NCBI GenBank assembly: GCA_964390475.1
Contig: CAYMIB010000001.1
Coordinates: 1 to 60,059, forward strand
From: an uncultured Candidatus Saccharibacteria bacterium
GTDB lineage: Bacteria; Patescibacteriota; Minisyncoccia; Phycocordibacterales; DATGWK01
DNA length: 60,059 bases
Direction: 5' to 3'
Every line of letters begins with the position of its first letter. Within the stretch, counting starts at the first letter, position 1. Position numbers and translations under genes: made by a program. Under the pieces are notes generated by a model, which was not told the DNA's origin, ran no database searches, and saw only the letters and a list, made by a program, of their open reading frames with translations. Shown piece by piece: positions 43,847 to 53,666 of the stretch.

Positions 43847-46800
43847 ATGGCTGATATCCATAACAAAACTCCAAAAACCGCCGGCTTGAAAGCTGATGGT
43901 TCGCAGAAAAGCCCTGCAAAAAGCCCGGTCGCGCTTGCCGAAGAAAAAACTCTCCAATTTTGGCGCGAAAAGCAGATTTTTAAAAAGACTCTTGAAAAAC
44001 CGTCGCCGGGCGGGAATTTTATTTTTTACGACGGTCCGCCGTTTGCAACCGGTTTGCCTCACTATGGCCACATTTTAGTAAGCACCATTAAAGACGCTGT
44101 GCCACGATATCAAACGATGCGCGGCAAGCATGTTGAGCGCCGTTGGGGTTGGGACTGCCATGGTTTGCCGATCGAAAACATTGTTGAAAAAGACCTTAAG
44201 GTTTCTGGGAAAAAAGAAATCGAAGAGCTTGGTATTGATCGTTTTAACGAATACGCTCGAAGCAAAGTTTTAGATTTTGCTGATCATTGGCGCGATACTG
44301 TGGAACGTATCGGCCGCTGGGTGGACTATGACGGTGCCTACATGACGATGGATAACACATTCATCGAATCTGTTTGGTGGGCGCTCAAAGGCATTTGGGA
44401 TAAAAATTTAATTTACGAAGGCACAAAAGTTTTGCCGTACTGCCCGCGTTGCGAAACCCCAATCGCGAATTCCGAAATTGCGATGGACGGGTCGTATAAA
44501 GACATTACAGATATTTCGGTGTATGTAAAACTGGCTGTCGAAAACGAGCCGCGAACATTTTTGATCGTCTGGACGACAACTCCGTGGACATTGCCAGGCA
44601 ATACTGCCGCTGCAGTGAACCCCGACCTAGACTACGTCATCGTTAAGATCGGTGGAGAAAATGGCGACTATTACATCGTTGCGAAAGACAAAACAGGAAT
44701 TTTCAAAGAAAAATTTGAGCTGGTCGAAGAAATAAAAGGCAGCGCGCTGGTTGGTAAAAAATTCAAGCCGCCGTTTGATTATTTCACAGGGGACACATTT
44801 GCTGACGGTAAACCAAACAATCTTCCAAACCGCGAAAACGCTTGGAAGGTCTACGCCGCGCCGTACGTTACCGCCGAGGCTGGTTCGGGTATCGTCCATC
44901 TCGCACCCGCATATGGTGAAGAAGACATGGCGCTTGCCAAGGAGCACAATATTCCGTTTATTCGCCACGTTGGCCACGACGGAAAATTCACGGCCGAAGT
45001 CACTGATTTTGCTGGTGTAAAAGCTAAACCGAAAGAAGATCATCAGTCAGGTGATGTTTTGATAATTAAAAATCTAGCGGCTCGGGGCTTGCTTTTTGCA
45101 AAAGAAAAAATCGTTCACTCATACCCGCATTGTTATCGTTGCGAAACCCCTCTTTACTATTTTGCTTTGCCAGCTTGGTTTATAAAAATCGCTACTGAAA
45201 CTGAAAATGGAAAAGCTGTCAAAAAAGATCTCCTAAAAAATAATGAAGACATAAACTGGGTGCCGGAGCATTTGAAACACGGCCGGTTCGGAAAAAGTGT
45301 TGAGGGTGCACCGGATTGGAATATTTCTCGAAACCGTTACTGGGCTTCGCCTTTGCCTTTTTGGAAGTGTCAGAAATGTGAAAAAGCGGTGTGTGTTGGT
45401 TCACAAGATGATCTAGCAAAACACGCACCAGCAAAAAATAAATATTTTCTGATGCGCCACGGCGAGTCGGAGTTTAACCTCGTCAACAAAATCAGCAGTA
45501 CGCCGAATGACAAAAACCACATAACAGAAAAGGGTAGGACCGAGGCTGTTGCGGCCGCAACATTACTAAAGAAAGACGGTGTTGATTTGATTTACGCTTC
45601 TGATCTAGTTCGAGCGAAAGAAACCGCAGAGATTGTTGCCAAGGAAATCGGTTTGCCGATTGAAAGCATTATTTACGCGCCAGAAATCCGCGAGCTAAAT
45701 GCTGGTACATATAATGGCAAAACCTGGGATGAATACCGGGCAACCTTCACCTCGGTTGCCGACCGTTTCGAAGCCGAGCATGTTACCGAGGACGGGGAGT
45801 CTCTTCTAGATGTTCGGGATCGGGCAACAAAATTCATTTATGATCTAGAAAAGAAACACGCCGGTAAAAAAATTCTCATCGTCAGCCACGGCGATACGAT
45901 TTTCTTTATGCAAAAAGGTGTGAAGGGTCTGACCAAAAAAGAACTCGTCAAAGCTTTCGAGATCAAAAATGGAATGATTCCAACCGGCACATATGAAGAG
46001 CTCGATTTCTCACCGATTCCTCACAATAAAAATTTCGAACTTGATTTTCATCGACCATATATTGATGAAATAACTTTTGCCTGCGCGTGCGGTGGTGTGA
46101 TGCATCGAATTCCAGAAGTCATCGACTGCTGGTTTGAGTCTGGTTCAATGCCTTTTGCTCAAAATCATTATCCTTTTGAAAACAAGGAAAAATTTGAGAA
46201 AAATTTCCCCGGTGATTTTATTTCAGAATACATCGCTCAAACTAGGACTTGGTTCTACTACATGCATGTAGTTTCGACAATTCTTTTTGGAAAAGCAGCG
46301 TTTAAACACGTTTTGACGACCGGTACGGTTTTGGCCGAGGACGGCGAAAAGATGTCGAAATCCAAAGGTAATTTTCCAGACCCAGCGATTATTTTCGACA
46401 AATTTGGCGTTGATGCACTTCGTTTCTACTTACTCGGTTCCACTCTTCTTAAATCCGAGGATTTAAACTTTTCGGAAAAAGGCGTCGACGAAGTTTATAA
46501 AAAAATAATTTTGCGGCTGAAAAACGTTGCTTCTTTTTATGAAACTTACGCTGCCGGTGAAGAAGTAGTTACAGGTACGATCGCTACAACCGTCAGTGCA
46601 CCTGACTCGAAAAATATTCTCGATCGATGGATAGTGGAGAGGATCAACATTGTTGTGGCTGAGGTTACTTCATCTATGGAGGCTTACAAAATTGACCAAG
46701 CTCTTTCTCAGATTGATGGTTTCATCGAAGATCTTTCGGTTTGGTTTTTGCGTCGTTCACGCGAACGTCTGAAAAGTGACGACAAAGTGACCCGCGAAGA

Positions 46801-47458
46801 AGCTTTGAAAACTTTCCGTGCAATTTTGTTCAAACTTTCGAAAACAATGGCGCCGTTTACACCATTTATCGCTGAAGAAATTTATCGCACAGTGAATGGT
46901 GAAAAAGAGAGCGTGCATTTGGAAGAATGGCCAACATCCTGGGTTACGCCTGTTGAGGACATGGCGCTCATTTCCGATATGCTCGAAACCCGCCGCGTGG
47001 TCAGTCTTGCTCTGGAGGCCAGGGCCAAAGCTGGTATCAAGGTTCGTCAACCACTTCAAAACCTCGTTGTGAAGTCTACTGTGCTTCAAGGTAAGCAGGG
47101 TTGCATTGATCTCATTGCTGATGAAACGAATATCAAAGAAATTTTATTTGATGCTGAAATTGTGGATGAGGTAGTGCTCGATACAGAAATCACTCTCGAT
47201 TTGCGCGAAGAGGGAAGTCTGCGAGAACTAATCCGATTCGTTCAGGAGCTTCGTAAAAAAGCCGGCCTCAAGCCTGGTGATCTGACGACACTTTTAGTCG
47301 AAGCTGATGCCGATGGTCGGGAATTCGTTAAGAGGTTTGAGGAGGTGATTAAAAAATCGGCTCTGCTTTCTGCTATTTCAATTGTGAAGGACGTCGACGA
47401 CGGTGAAAAAATCGAAATTGATAATGCGAAGTTTAATTTGAGAATCGGAAATAATTAG
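43847..47458 (+). CDS. ileS: Isoleucyl-tRNA synthetase (type 2) with an inserted histidine-phosphatase (PGM-family) domain
   Basis: PPFATGLPHYGHIL (HIGH), KMSKS and a CP1/editing region. The insertion is at about 45440-46005 and carries RHGESEFN, DLVRAKETA, IRELNAG and VSHGDTI. Confidence 0.9.
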   Translation: MADIHNKTPKTAGLKADGSQKSPAKSPVALAEEKTLQFWREKQIFKKTLEKPSPGGNFIFYDGPPFATGLPHYGHILVSTIKDAVPRYQTMRGKHVERRWGWDCHGLPIENIVEKDLKVSGKKEIEELGIDRFNEYARSKVLDFADHWRDTVERIGRWVDYDGAYMTMDNTFIESVWWALKGIWDKNLIYEGTKVLPYCPRCETPIANSEIAMDGSYKDITDISVYVKLAVENEPRTFLIVWTTTPWTLPGNTAAAVNPDLDYVIVKIGGENGDYYIVAKDKTGIFKEKFELVEEIKGSALVGKKFKPPFDYFTGDTFADGKPNNLPNRENAWKVYAAPYVTAEAGSGIVHLAPAYGEEDMALAKEHNIPFIRHVGHDGKFTAEVTDFAGVKAKPKEDHQSGDVLIIKNLAARGLLFAKEKIVHSYPHCYRCETPLYYFALPAWFIKIATETENGKAVKKDLLKNNEDINWVPEHLKHGRFGKSVEGAPDWNISRNRYWASPLPFWKCQKCEKAVCVGSQDDLAKHAPAKNKYFLMRHGESEFNLVNKISSTPNDKNHITEKGRTEAVAAATLLKKDGVDLIYASDLVRAKETAEIVAKEIGLPIESIIYAPEIRELNAGTYNGKTWDEYRATFTSVADRFEAEHVTEDGESLLDVRDRATKFIYDLEKKHAGKKILIVSHGDTIFFMQKGVKGLTKKELVKAFEIKNGMIPTGTYEELDFSPIPHNKNFELDFHRPYIDEITFACACGGVMHRIPEVIDCWFESGSMPFAQNHYPFENKEKFEKNFPGDFISEYIAQTRTWFYYMHVVSTILFGKAAFKHVLTTGTVLAEDGEKMSKSKGNFPDPAIIFDKFGVDALRFYLLGSTLLKSEDLNFSEKGVDEVYKKIILRLKNVASFYETYAAGEEVVTGTIATTVSAPDSKNILDRWIVERINIVVAEVTSSMEAYKIDQALSQIDGFIEDLSVWFLRRSRERLKSDDKVTREEALKTFRAILFKLSKTMAPFTPFIAEEIYRTVNGEKESVHLEEWPTSWVTPVEDMALISDMLETRRVVSLALEARAKAGIKVRQPLQNLVVKSTVLQGKQGCIDLIADETNIKEILFDAEIVDEVVLDTEITLDLREEGSLRELIRFVQELRKKAGLKPGDLTTLLVEADADGREFVKRFEEVIKKSALLSAISIVKDVDDGEKIEIDNAKFNLRIGNN

Positions 47459-47467
47459 AGTCAAAAA

Positions 47468-48076
47468 ATGAAAAAACCAGAATCAATTTGTGTGTTTGGT
47501 GATAGCGCAGCCTGGGGAGCCTGGGATTTGGAAAAAGGCGGCTGGGTAAATCGGTTGTGGTTGCACATTGGTCCAAGAGATGAGGATTATGCGGAAATTT
47601 ACAATCTAAGTATCTCAGGCGGCACAACAGAAACTATTTTGGAGCGTTTTGAAAAAGAAAGCGCAATGAGATATGGACCCGACGCCCTCATTTTTCAGAC
47701 CGGAGGGAACGACGCTTCCCGCGAGCACGGTAAAGATACACACAGAGTTGCTCCAGAAAAATTCGAAGAAAATGTCAGGGAAATAATTAAGAGAGCAAAG
47801 AAGCATACTGACAAAATTGTTTTTCTTGGTTTTAAAAATTGTGATGAATCCAAAACTGTTCCGGTTTACTGGATCGACATCGATTATTTAAATTCTGATT
47901 TGCAAAAGTATGACGCTATTATGAAAAAAGTATGCCAAGAAACCGGTGTACTATTTTGCGATATAAAACCACTAAACAATGAAGATTTCTACGATGGCCT
48001 ACATCCAAATGCTGCTGGTCACGAAAAAATATTTGTGCAAGTTCGTGATTTTCTCACGACACACGGCTGGATTTAG
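47468..48076 (+). CDS. SGNH/GDSL hydrolase
   Basis: VFGDSAAWG, GGNDAS and DGLHPNAAGH blocks. Confidence 0.8.
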   Translation: MKKPESICVFGDSAAWGAWDLEKGGWVNRLWLHIGPRDEDYAEIYNLSISGGTTETILERFEKESAMRYGPDALIFQTGGNDASREHGKDTHRVAPEKFEENVREIIKRAKKHTDKIVFLGFKNCDESKTVPVYWIDIDYLNSDLQKYDAIMKKVCQETGVLFCDIKPLNNEDFYDGLHPNAAGHEKIFVQVRDFLTTHGWI

Positions 48077-48100
48077 TCAGTTGATCAGAGTTAAAACAAA

Positions 48101-48694
48101 TTGGCCTACCACACCTACAACACACCGGGATTAATTTTAGGCAGTACACCTTCGGGTGAGGCGAGTCGCTATGTTTACATTTTCACTAAAGATCTCGGTC
48201 TAGTCGGCGCTCACGCTCAAAACACTCGGCATGTAAGTTCGAAATTGCGATATGCTCTAGACGCTCCGGCTCGTTCTCAGGTCTCGCTCGTCCGCGGCAA
48301 AAATATGTGGCGGCTTATAAGTGCTGTGCCGGACAAACGGTTCTATTCAGTTTTTGGCGAAGATACTGAGCGAATGATGCTCTGCACTCGAACGTTTTCT
48401 TTGATTAAAAAGCTTCTGGCAGGCGAGGAGGCCCATCCAGAACTTTTTGATGTGGTTAACGATTTTTTAGATTTTATACAAAATCCGGAGCCTGCAAGCG
48501 TTGATTTAAAAGATGCAGAAGCGGTGCTCGTTTTGAGAATTTTGCACTCTCTCGGTTACATTCCAGAAAACGATTTAGCCAAACAATTCGCGCGTGGTAC
48601 TGAATGGAATCCAGAAATTATTTCCGCCATGGCTCCATATCGTAAGGAGGCGATTAAGATCATAAATGAATCACTGCGGGCGACGGGGCTGTAA
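48101..48694 (+). CDS. recO: DNA repair protein RecO
   Basis: TTG start, 197 aa, RecO-like N-terminal OB pattern (GLILGSTPSGEASRYVYIFTKDLGLV). Confidence 0.6.
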   Translation: MAYHTYNTPGLILGSTPSGEASRYVYIFTKDLGLVGAHAQNTRHVSSKLRYALDAPARSQVSLVRGKNMWRLISAVPDKRFYSVFGEDTERMMLCTRTFSLIKKLLAGEEAHPELFDVVNDFLDFIQNPEPASVDLKDAEAVLVLRILHSLGYIPENDLAKQFARGTEWNPEIISAMAPYRKEAIKIINESLRATGL

Positions 48695-48780
48695 TAGTCG
48701 AGTTTATCTTTTCTTAATTTTTTCTTGAACTCACTCTGCTAGGCTGGGTGAGTTGTGAATACTTGCACAAAAACGCGTGT

Positions 48781-48808
48781 TTGACGCAATATACCAAAAG
48801 TATATACT
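48781..48808 (+). promoter_or_regulatory. Sigma70-type promoter TTGACG-16-TATACT overlapping the TA operator
   Basis: Read directly. The -10 box lies within the palindrome. Confidence 0.55.
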
Positions 48809-48818
48809 TTTGGTATAT
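48789..48818. promoter_or_regulatory. Perfect 30-bp palindrome, probable TA autoregulatory operator
   Basis: ATATACCAAAAGTAT|ATACTTTTGGTATAT, immediately 5' of the antitoxin ATG. Confidence 0.7.
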
Positions 48819-49094
48819 ATGAAAACCCAGATAAATATAAAAGTAGATATGAAAGTAAAAAAAGTGGCACAAAAAAAAGCCGAGAAACTCGGACTCTCGC
48901 TGAGTTCTGTTATTAATGCGAATCTAACGCAGTTTGCCAAAAGCGGAGAGCTTAATTTGTCTACCGAATTGCGACCGAATGCACGATTGAGAAAAGAACT
49001 AAGGTTAGCAATGGAAGATTTTAGAAATGGCAGAAATCTAGCCGGCCCATTTAAGACTGGAAAGGAGATGGATGACTATCTAAACTCACAGTAA
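48819..49094 (+). CDS. Type II antitoxin (RelB/DinJ-like)
   Basis: 91 aa. MKTQINIKVDMKVKKVAQKKAEKLGLSLSSVINANL is an RHH-type N-terminus. Located upstream of the toxin. Confidence 0.65.
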   Translation: MKTQINIKVDMKVKKVAQKKAEKLGLSLSSVINANLTQFAKSGELNLSTELRPNARLRKELRLAMEDFRNGRNLAGPFKTGKEMDDYLNSQ

Positions 49095-49100
49095 GTCAGC

Positions 49101-49361
49101 ATGAATATTATTACTCATAGGAATTTTCAAAGACAGTTTCAAAAACTGTCTCAATTAGATAAGGAAAAATTTACAAAACGTAGAGATTTATTTCTTCAAA
49201 ACCCATTTGATCCAATCCTAAAAAATCACGCTTTGCACGGAAAATATTCTGGGTTTAGAAGTATAAATATTACCGGAGATATCCGAGTAATCCACTATCC
49301 ACTCAACGAAAACACAGTCGTGTTCTTTAAAATTGGCTCCCATAGCGAGCTATATGAATGA
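49101..49361 (+). CDS. Type II toxin, YafQ/RelE-family mRNA interferase
   Basis: 86 aa. LKNHALHGKYSGFRSINITGDIRVIHY is a typical YafQ pattern. Confidence 0.7.
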   Translation: MNIITHRNFQRQFQKLSQLDKEKFTKRRDLFLQNPFDPILKNHALHGKYSGFRSINITGDIRVIHYPLNENTVVFFKIGSHSELYE

Positions 49362-49469
49362 GATTTGACTTTTAAATATTTATAGGTATCATTTTTGCAG
49401 TTTTGTGATCTTTAATTCAGCCCTCGAATCTCGCGTGTTGCGGGGTTGGTTTACTGAATATCCAGAAAG

Positions 49470-50210
49470 GTGGATGCCGTGTGCATGCGCAAGACCGTTT
49501 CGCGGATTTCGGCGATCGTTTTGGCGGCTTGTGTGGGGCTTTGGCTTCCTGCATGTGCCACCAGTGCTCCGCAGGGATCGGCTGGCATGATGCAGTCCAA
49601 CGTGCAGATTTCCGGCCGGTGTGACCAGTCGGAAAAAGTGAAGGCGGAGCCTTTGCTTGGGGAACCGGAGGTTCCTGCAAGCAGGCGCACAGTCAGAGAT
49701 CTTCCAATCTGGAAGACCATCACGCTCGGTACGTATTCGAGAACAGCCAATGAATTCTGGGAAGCGTTGGACCGGTCGGATCGTAAGCCGAGTTCTGCCA
49801 TCTACGAAGTGATGCGCAGCCCAGACTTTAAAACAAGCGAATTCCGGCAAGAGGTGAACCTCGTCGTCGTGTCCGTAAAGGAGCTCGGTTTTTCTGGTAT
49901 CAAAAGTGCAGCGGAGATTTGCGATCGAGCGATCATCGAATTCGGGCTAGATTTGTGCCCCAACGAAGTTGGGCCGCAGCTTGTTTTGCAGCTCGAGCTC
50001 GGCATGCCCGAGAATGAGAAACTGCAAGATTTGATAATTGCTTCTCGACCCCTTACTGTATTGCATACCGGGGTGAGGCATGATCAATGCTTGTTTGGTG
50101 TTCGTTACAGCGAGAATGGCATACCAATTTTGCGGCGTGAACTTGGAGAAAAAAACGATAAGCTTTGTTTGAAAGAAGGAACCGTGCTGGTGTTTGTGCG
50201 GCGTCCATGA
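49470..50210 (+). CDS. Hypothetical lipoprotein (GC-rich orphan)
   Basis: Signal peptide with a lipobox-like LPAC. Start is 49470 or 49485. TTGACT-16-TATCAT promoter at 49365-49392. Confidence 0.5.
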   Translation: MDAVCMRKTVSRISAIVLAACVGLWLPACATSAPQGSAGMMQSNVQISGRCDQSEKVKAEPLLGEPEVPASRRTVRDLPIWKTITLGTYSRTANEFWEALDRSDRKPSSAIYEVMRSPDFKTSEFRQEVNLVVVSVKELGFSGIKSAAEICDRAIIEFGLDLCPNEVGPQLVLQLELGMPENEKLQDLIIASRPLTVLHTGVRHDQCLFGVRYSENGIPILRRELGEKNDKLCLKEGTVLVFVRRP

Positions 50211-50248
50211 AGTGATGTTCCGCGACTGAATAATCAACGAAATAACAA

Positions 50249-50275
50249 GGCCCCGTACAGTCGGGGCTTTTTCTT
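50249..50275 (+). terminator. Intrinsic terminator
   Basis: GCCCCGtacagtCGGGGC followed by a T-run. Confidence 0.75.
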
Positions 50276-50293
50276 TGCTATAATTCTCCCAAT

Positions 50294-52237
50294 ATGGCCT
50301 TTGACCCTAAGGACAGTTCAAACGAAGGAAGAATAGATAGCCTGGAGCGAAATTTGTACTCGCGAGATGCGGTGCCGATTACGGCTAAAAAGCGCCCGGA
50401 CATGACGCCGCATGAAAAGCTTGTGGAATACGGCTGGAGGGGGGATGATAAAAAGCTCGACGAAGATATTGTTGAAATGAATCAAACTCACCGAAAAAGT
50501 TCGTTTGCGACCAAAATTTTCCTGGCATCGGTTTTGTTTTTTGCGTTAGCTGCCGGTATTGCTGCTTACATTATTCTCGGTGGCTTCAATGTCATTTCTT
50601 CTAAAAATGTTGATGTTACGATCCAGGGACTTATTTCCGTCGCCGCCGGTGAAGAATCTTCCTTCGATATCATTGTAAAAAATAACAATAACTCGACGAT
50701 CGAATCCGGCACAATATATGTAGAGTATCCAGAAGGCACGCGAATGTCTGGCGATGTGACAAAGGAGTTGACACGCGATCAATTTGAACTAAAAACAATC
50801 GCTTCGGGTGGTATCTATACCGCCACCATCAAACCAGTTTTTTTTGGTGAGAAGGACAGCCTGAAACAAATAAAAGTTAATCTAGACTACAAAGCTCGTG
50901 GTTCAAATGCTTCATTTCAAAAAGAAAAAACCTTCGACGTTACAATAAAATCTTCGCCAGTCATCATGACTGCTGAGGTGCCAAGCGAGGTCAACGCCGG
51001 CCAGGACATCGAAATCAAAATCGAGGTCGCTTCGAATTCGAATACTTTAATTCGCAACCTGATCGTTCGTGCCGAGTATCCGTTCGGTTTTTCTTTCATC
51101 AGTGCTAGTCCAGCGGCTGCTTTCGACACAAACGTTTGGCGGATTGGTGACTTGAACCCGACCGACAAACACACGATCGTCATCAAGGGTCGTATGGAAG
51201 GTCAGAATGAAGAAGAGAGAACTTTCAGATTTATGACTGGCACCGCTAGTCCGAATGATGACAAACAACTAGCGGTTAGCTATATCGCTACTCAGGCCAC
51301 TCTTGCTATAAAAAAACCTTTCATTGGTCTGACTTTACAGCTCGGCGGAAAAGCTGAAACGAAAATCGCTTCGGCTGGAGAAAAAATTCAAGGCACGCTT
51401 TCATGGACAAACAATGTTCCGGTTGCTATTAACGATGCGACGATTCAGATTAAGCTTTCTGGAAAAGGTCTTGATCGAAATCAGGTGTCGGCTGGCCTCG
51501 GCGGTTTTTACCGGTCTTCGGACAACACCATAACTTGGGATAAAAATTCGGTATCAGAACTGCGAAGCATTGAGCCGGGCGAAAGAGGTTCTGTCAGTTT
51601 TGTTGTCGGAGTATTGCCAAGCTCACAGCAACTTCTTGCTCAGGGCCGAAATATGGATATTGTTCTCGATGCCACAGTTTCTGGCACTAGGATTCAGACT
51701 GGATTGCCACAGGAAGTTAGATCGCGAGTCTCTGGCCTAGCTAAGGTCGGTACAAATCTTTTGGTTAATGGTCGGGTCATGCATTCAATCGGTATTTTCA
51801 ATAACACCGGCCCAGTTCCTCCGAAAGCTGAAACCGAAACGACTTATACGATTGTTCTAAACGCCCTGAATTCTTTTAACGATGTAGCGAACGTCGTGGT
51901 TACTACTCAACTGCCGCCATATGTTCGATGGCTTACCAAGGTTAGTCCGTTGAGCGAACAGGTCTCATATAATGAATCAACTCGGACTGTCACATGGTCA
52001 ATTCCAGACTTGCGAGCCGGAGTCGGTTATACTTCGGCTGCGAAAGAAGTTGCTTTTCAAGTCGCGCTTTTGCCAAGCCTGAGCCAAGTCGGCACGATTC
52101 CTGATCTTACTGGTCCGATCATAATGAGAGGAACTGATCGGTTTGTCGGCGGGACAGTTGAATCGAATAGGGCAGCGTTCAACACACGCACTACCGATCC
52201 TGGTTTCGACAACCGCGATGCTGAAGTTGATAATTAA
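50294..52237 (+). CDS. Large membrane-anchored surface protein with repeated beta-sandwich-like segments
   Basis: 647 aa with one N-terminal TM helix and a repetitive Ig-like composition. No family recognised. Confidence 0.5.
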   Translation: MAFDPKDSSNEGRIDSLERNLYSRDAVPITAKKRPDMTPHEKLVEYGWRGDDKKLDEDIVEMNQTHRKSSFATKIFLASVLFFALAAGIAAYIILGGFNVISSKNVDVTIQGLISVAAGEESSFDIIVKNNNNSTIESGTIYVEYPEGTRMSGDVTKELTRDQFELKTIASGGIYTATIKPVFFGEKDSLKQIKVNLDYKARGSNASFQKEKTFDVTIKSSPVIMTAEVPSEVNAGQDIEIKIEVASNSNTLIRNLIVRAEYPFGFSFISASPAAAFDTNVWRIGDLNPTDKHTIVIKGRMEGQNEEERTFRFMTGTASPNDDKQLAVSYIATQATLAIKKPFIGLTLQLGGKAETKIASAGEKIQGTLSWTNNVPVAINDATIQIKLSGKGLDRNQVSAGLGGFYRSSDNTITWDKNSVSELRSIEPGERGSVSFVVGVLPSSQQLLAQGRNMDIVLDATVSGTRIQTGLPQEVRSRVSGLAKVGTNLLVNGRVMHSIGIFNNTGPVPPKAETETTYTIVLNALNSFNDVANVVVTTQLPPYVRWLTKVSPLSEQVSYNESTRTVTWSIPDLRAGVGYTSAAKEVAFQVALLPSLSQVGTIPDLTGPIIMRGTDRFVGGTVESNRAAFNTRTTDPGFDNRDAEVDN

Positions 52238-52242
52238 GTAAA

Positions 52243-53553
52243 ATGGAAACTGAAGCTCAAAAAAATGTAAATATGGAAGACATTATCTCGCTTGCCAAGC
52301 GCCGAGGTTTTATTTTTCAAGGCTCCGAAGTCTACGGCGGTCTTTCTGGTACTTGGGACTATGGCCCGCTCGGCGTTGCACTCAAAAACAACATCAAAAA
52401 TCTCTGGTGGCGACGGTTTGTGGAAAGTCGTGACGACATGCACGGTGTCGACGCGGCGATTTTAATGAATCCAAAAGTTTGGGAGGCGAGCGGTCATGTT
52501 TCTGGTTTTTCTGATCCGCTTGTCGAGTGTACGAAATGCAAAAAGCGTTTTCGAGCTGATCAGATAGAAGGAGATGCAACAAAATGTCCAGACTGCGGTG
52601 GCAAACTCGGCGAGTCGCGCCAGTTCAACATGATGTTCAAAACTCATGTCGGAGCAATGGAAGACGAAACTTCTGTTTCGTATCTTCGCCCAGAAACTGC
52701 TCAGGGTATGTTCATGAACTACAAAAATGTGATGGATTCAATCCATCCAAAGCTTCCGTTTGGTCTCGCGCAGATTGGCAAAGCTTTTCGCAACGAAATC
52801 GCTCCGCGTGATTTTATTTTCCGTTCCCGTGAGTTCGAAAAAATGGAAATCGAATATTTTATTCACGCCGGCGAATGGAAAAAACATTTTGAATATTGGC
52901 GAGAACAAATGGTGGAGTGGATGAGAGACATTGGTCTTAGCTCAGCGAAAATTCATGAGCTCGATGTTCCTGAAGGCGACCGCGCTCACTACTCAGACAA
53001 AACGATTGATTTCGAATACGATTTTCCTTTCGGCCGCAAAGAACTTTACGGCATTGCCTACCGCACTGATTTTGATTTAAAAAAACATAGCGAATCGAGC
53101 CGTGTCGACCTTTCTTACTACGATGAAGAAACCAAAGAGCGATTCATTCCGCATGTCATCGAGCCGACATTTGGTCTCGACCGCACAATTCTCGCCGTGC
53201 TCTGCGAAAGCTATAGCCTCGACACGATGGGCGAGGAGCCACGCGCATTTCTGAAACTTCCGCTCGCTCTTGCTCCGGTCAAAGTCGCGGTCTTTCCTTT
53301 GCTTAAAAATAAGCCGCAACTCGTCGAAAAAGCTCGCGAAGTTTTTGCTCAAATTAAAAAAGTTGTTCCGAGTGCTGTGTTCGACGACAACGGCAATATC
53401 GGCAAACGCTATCGCCGCCAAGACGAAATTGGTACGCCATTCTGCGTGACCGTTGATTTCGATACGCTCGAAGACAACACCGTGACTCTCCGCGATCGAG
53501 ATACTGGCCAGCAGAAACGGGAGAAAATTGAGGAAATTCTCCAGAATTTTTAA
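52243..53553 (+). CDS. glyQS: Glycyl-tRNA synthetase (dimeric class II type)
   Basis: RRGFIFQGSEVYGGLSGTWDYGPLG, FRNEIAPRDFIFRSREFEKME. Confidence 0.9.
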   Translation: METEAQKNVNMEDIISLAKRRGFIFQGSEVYGGLSGTWDYGPLGVALKNNIKNLWWRRFVESRDDMHGVDAAILMNPKVWEASGHVSGFSDPLVECTKCKKRFRADQIEGDATKCPDCGGKLGESRQFNMMFKTHVGAMEDETSVSYLRPETAQGMFMNYKNVMDSIHPKLPFGLAQIGKAFRNEIAPRDFIFRSREFEKMEIEYFIHAGEWKKHFEYWREQMVEWMRDIGLSSAKIHELDVPEGDRAHYSDKTIDFEYDFPFGRKELYGIAYRTDFDLKKHSESSRVDLSYYDEETKERFIPHVIEPTFGLDRTILAVLCESYSLDTMGEEPRAFLKLPLALAPVKVAVFPLLKNKPQLVEKAREVFAQIKKVVPSAVFDDNGNIGKRYRRQDEIGTPFCVTVDFDTLEDNTVTLRDRDTGQQKREKIEEILQNF

Positions 53554-53575
53554 CCAAGATTTGATTTGACGTTTT

Positions 53576-53604
53576 GATATGTCGAGACTATTCTTTGGGC
53601 AGAA
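53576..53604 (+). promoter_or_regulatory. Sigma70-type promoter TTGACG-17-TATTCT
   Basis: Canonical spacing, with CAGA 5 nt downstream. Confidence 0.55.
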
Positions 53605-53666
53605 TGTAGCCTGAAAGAGTAACGCTTTTGGCGCAAGGTCATAGATTTAGTAAAGGAGTGTGCTGT

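Noticed and set aside
45440-46005. Intein or mobile insertion as the explanation for the extra segment in ileS
   Set aside because: There is no Cys/Ser/Thr...His-Asn splice-junction pattern and no homing-endonuclease motif. The insert has clear histidine-phosphatase motifs and similar base composition to the host gene.
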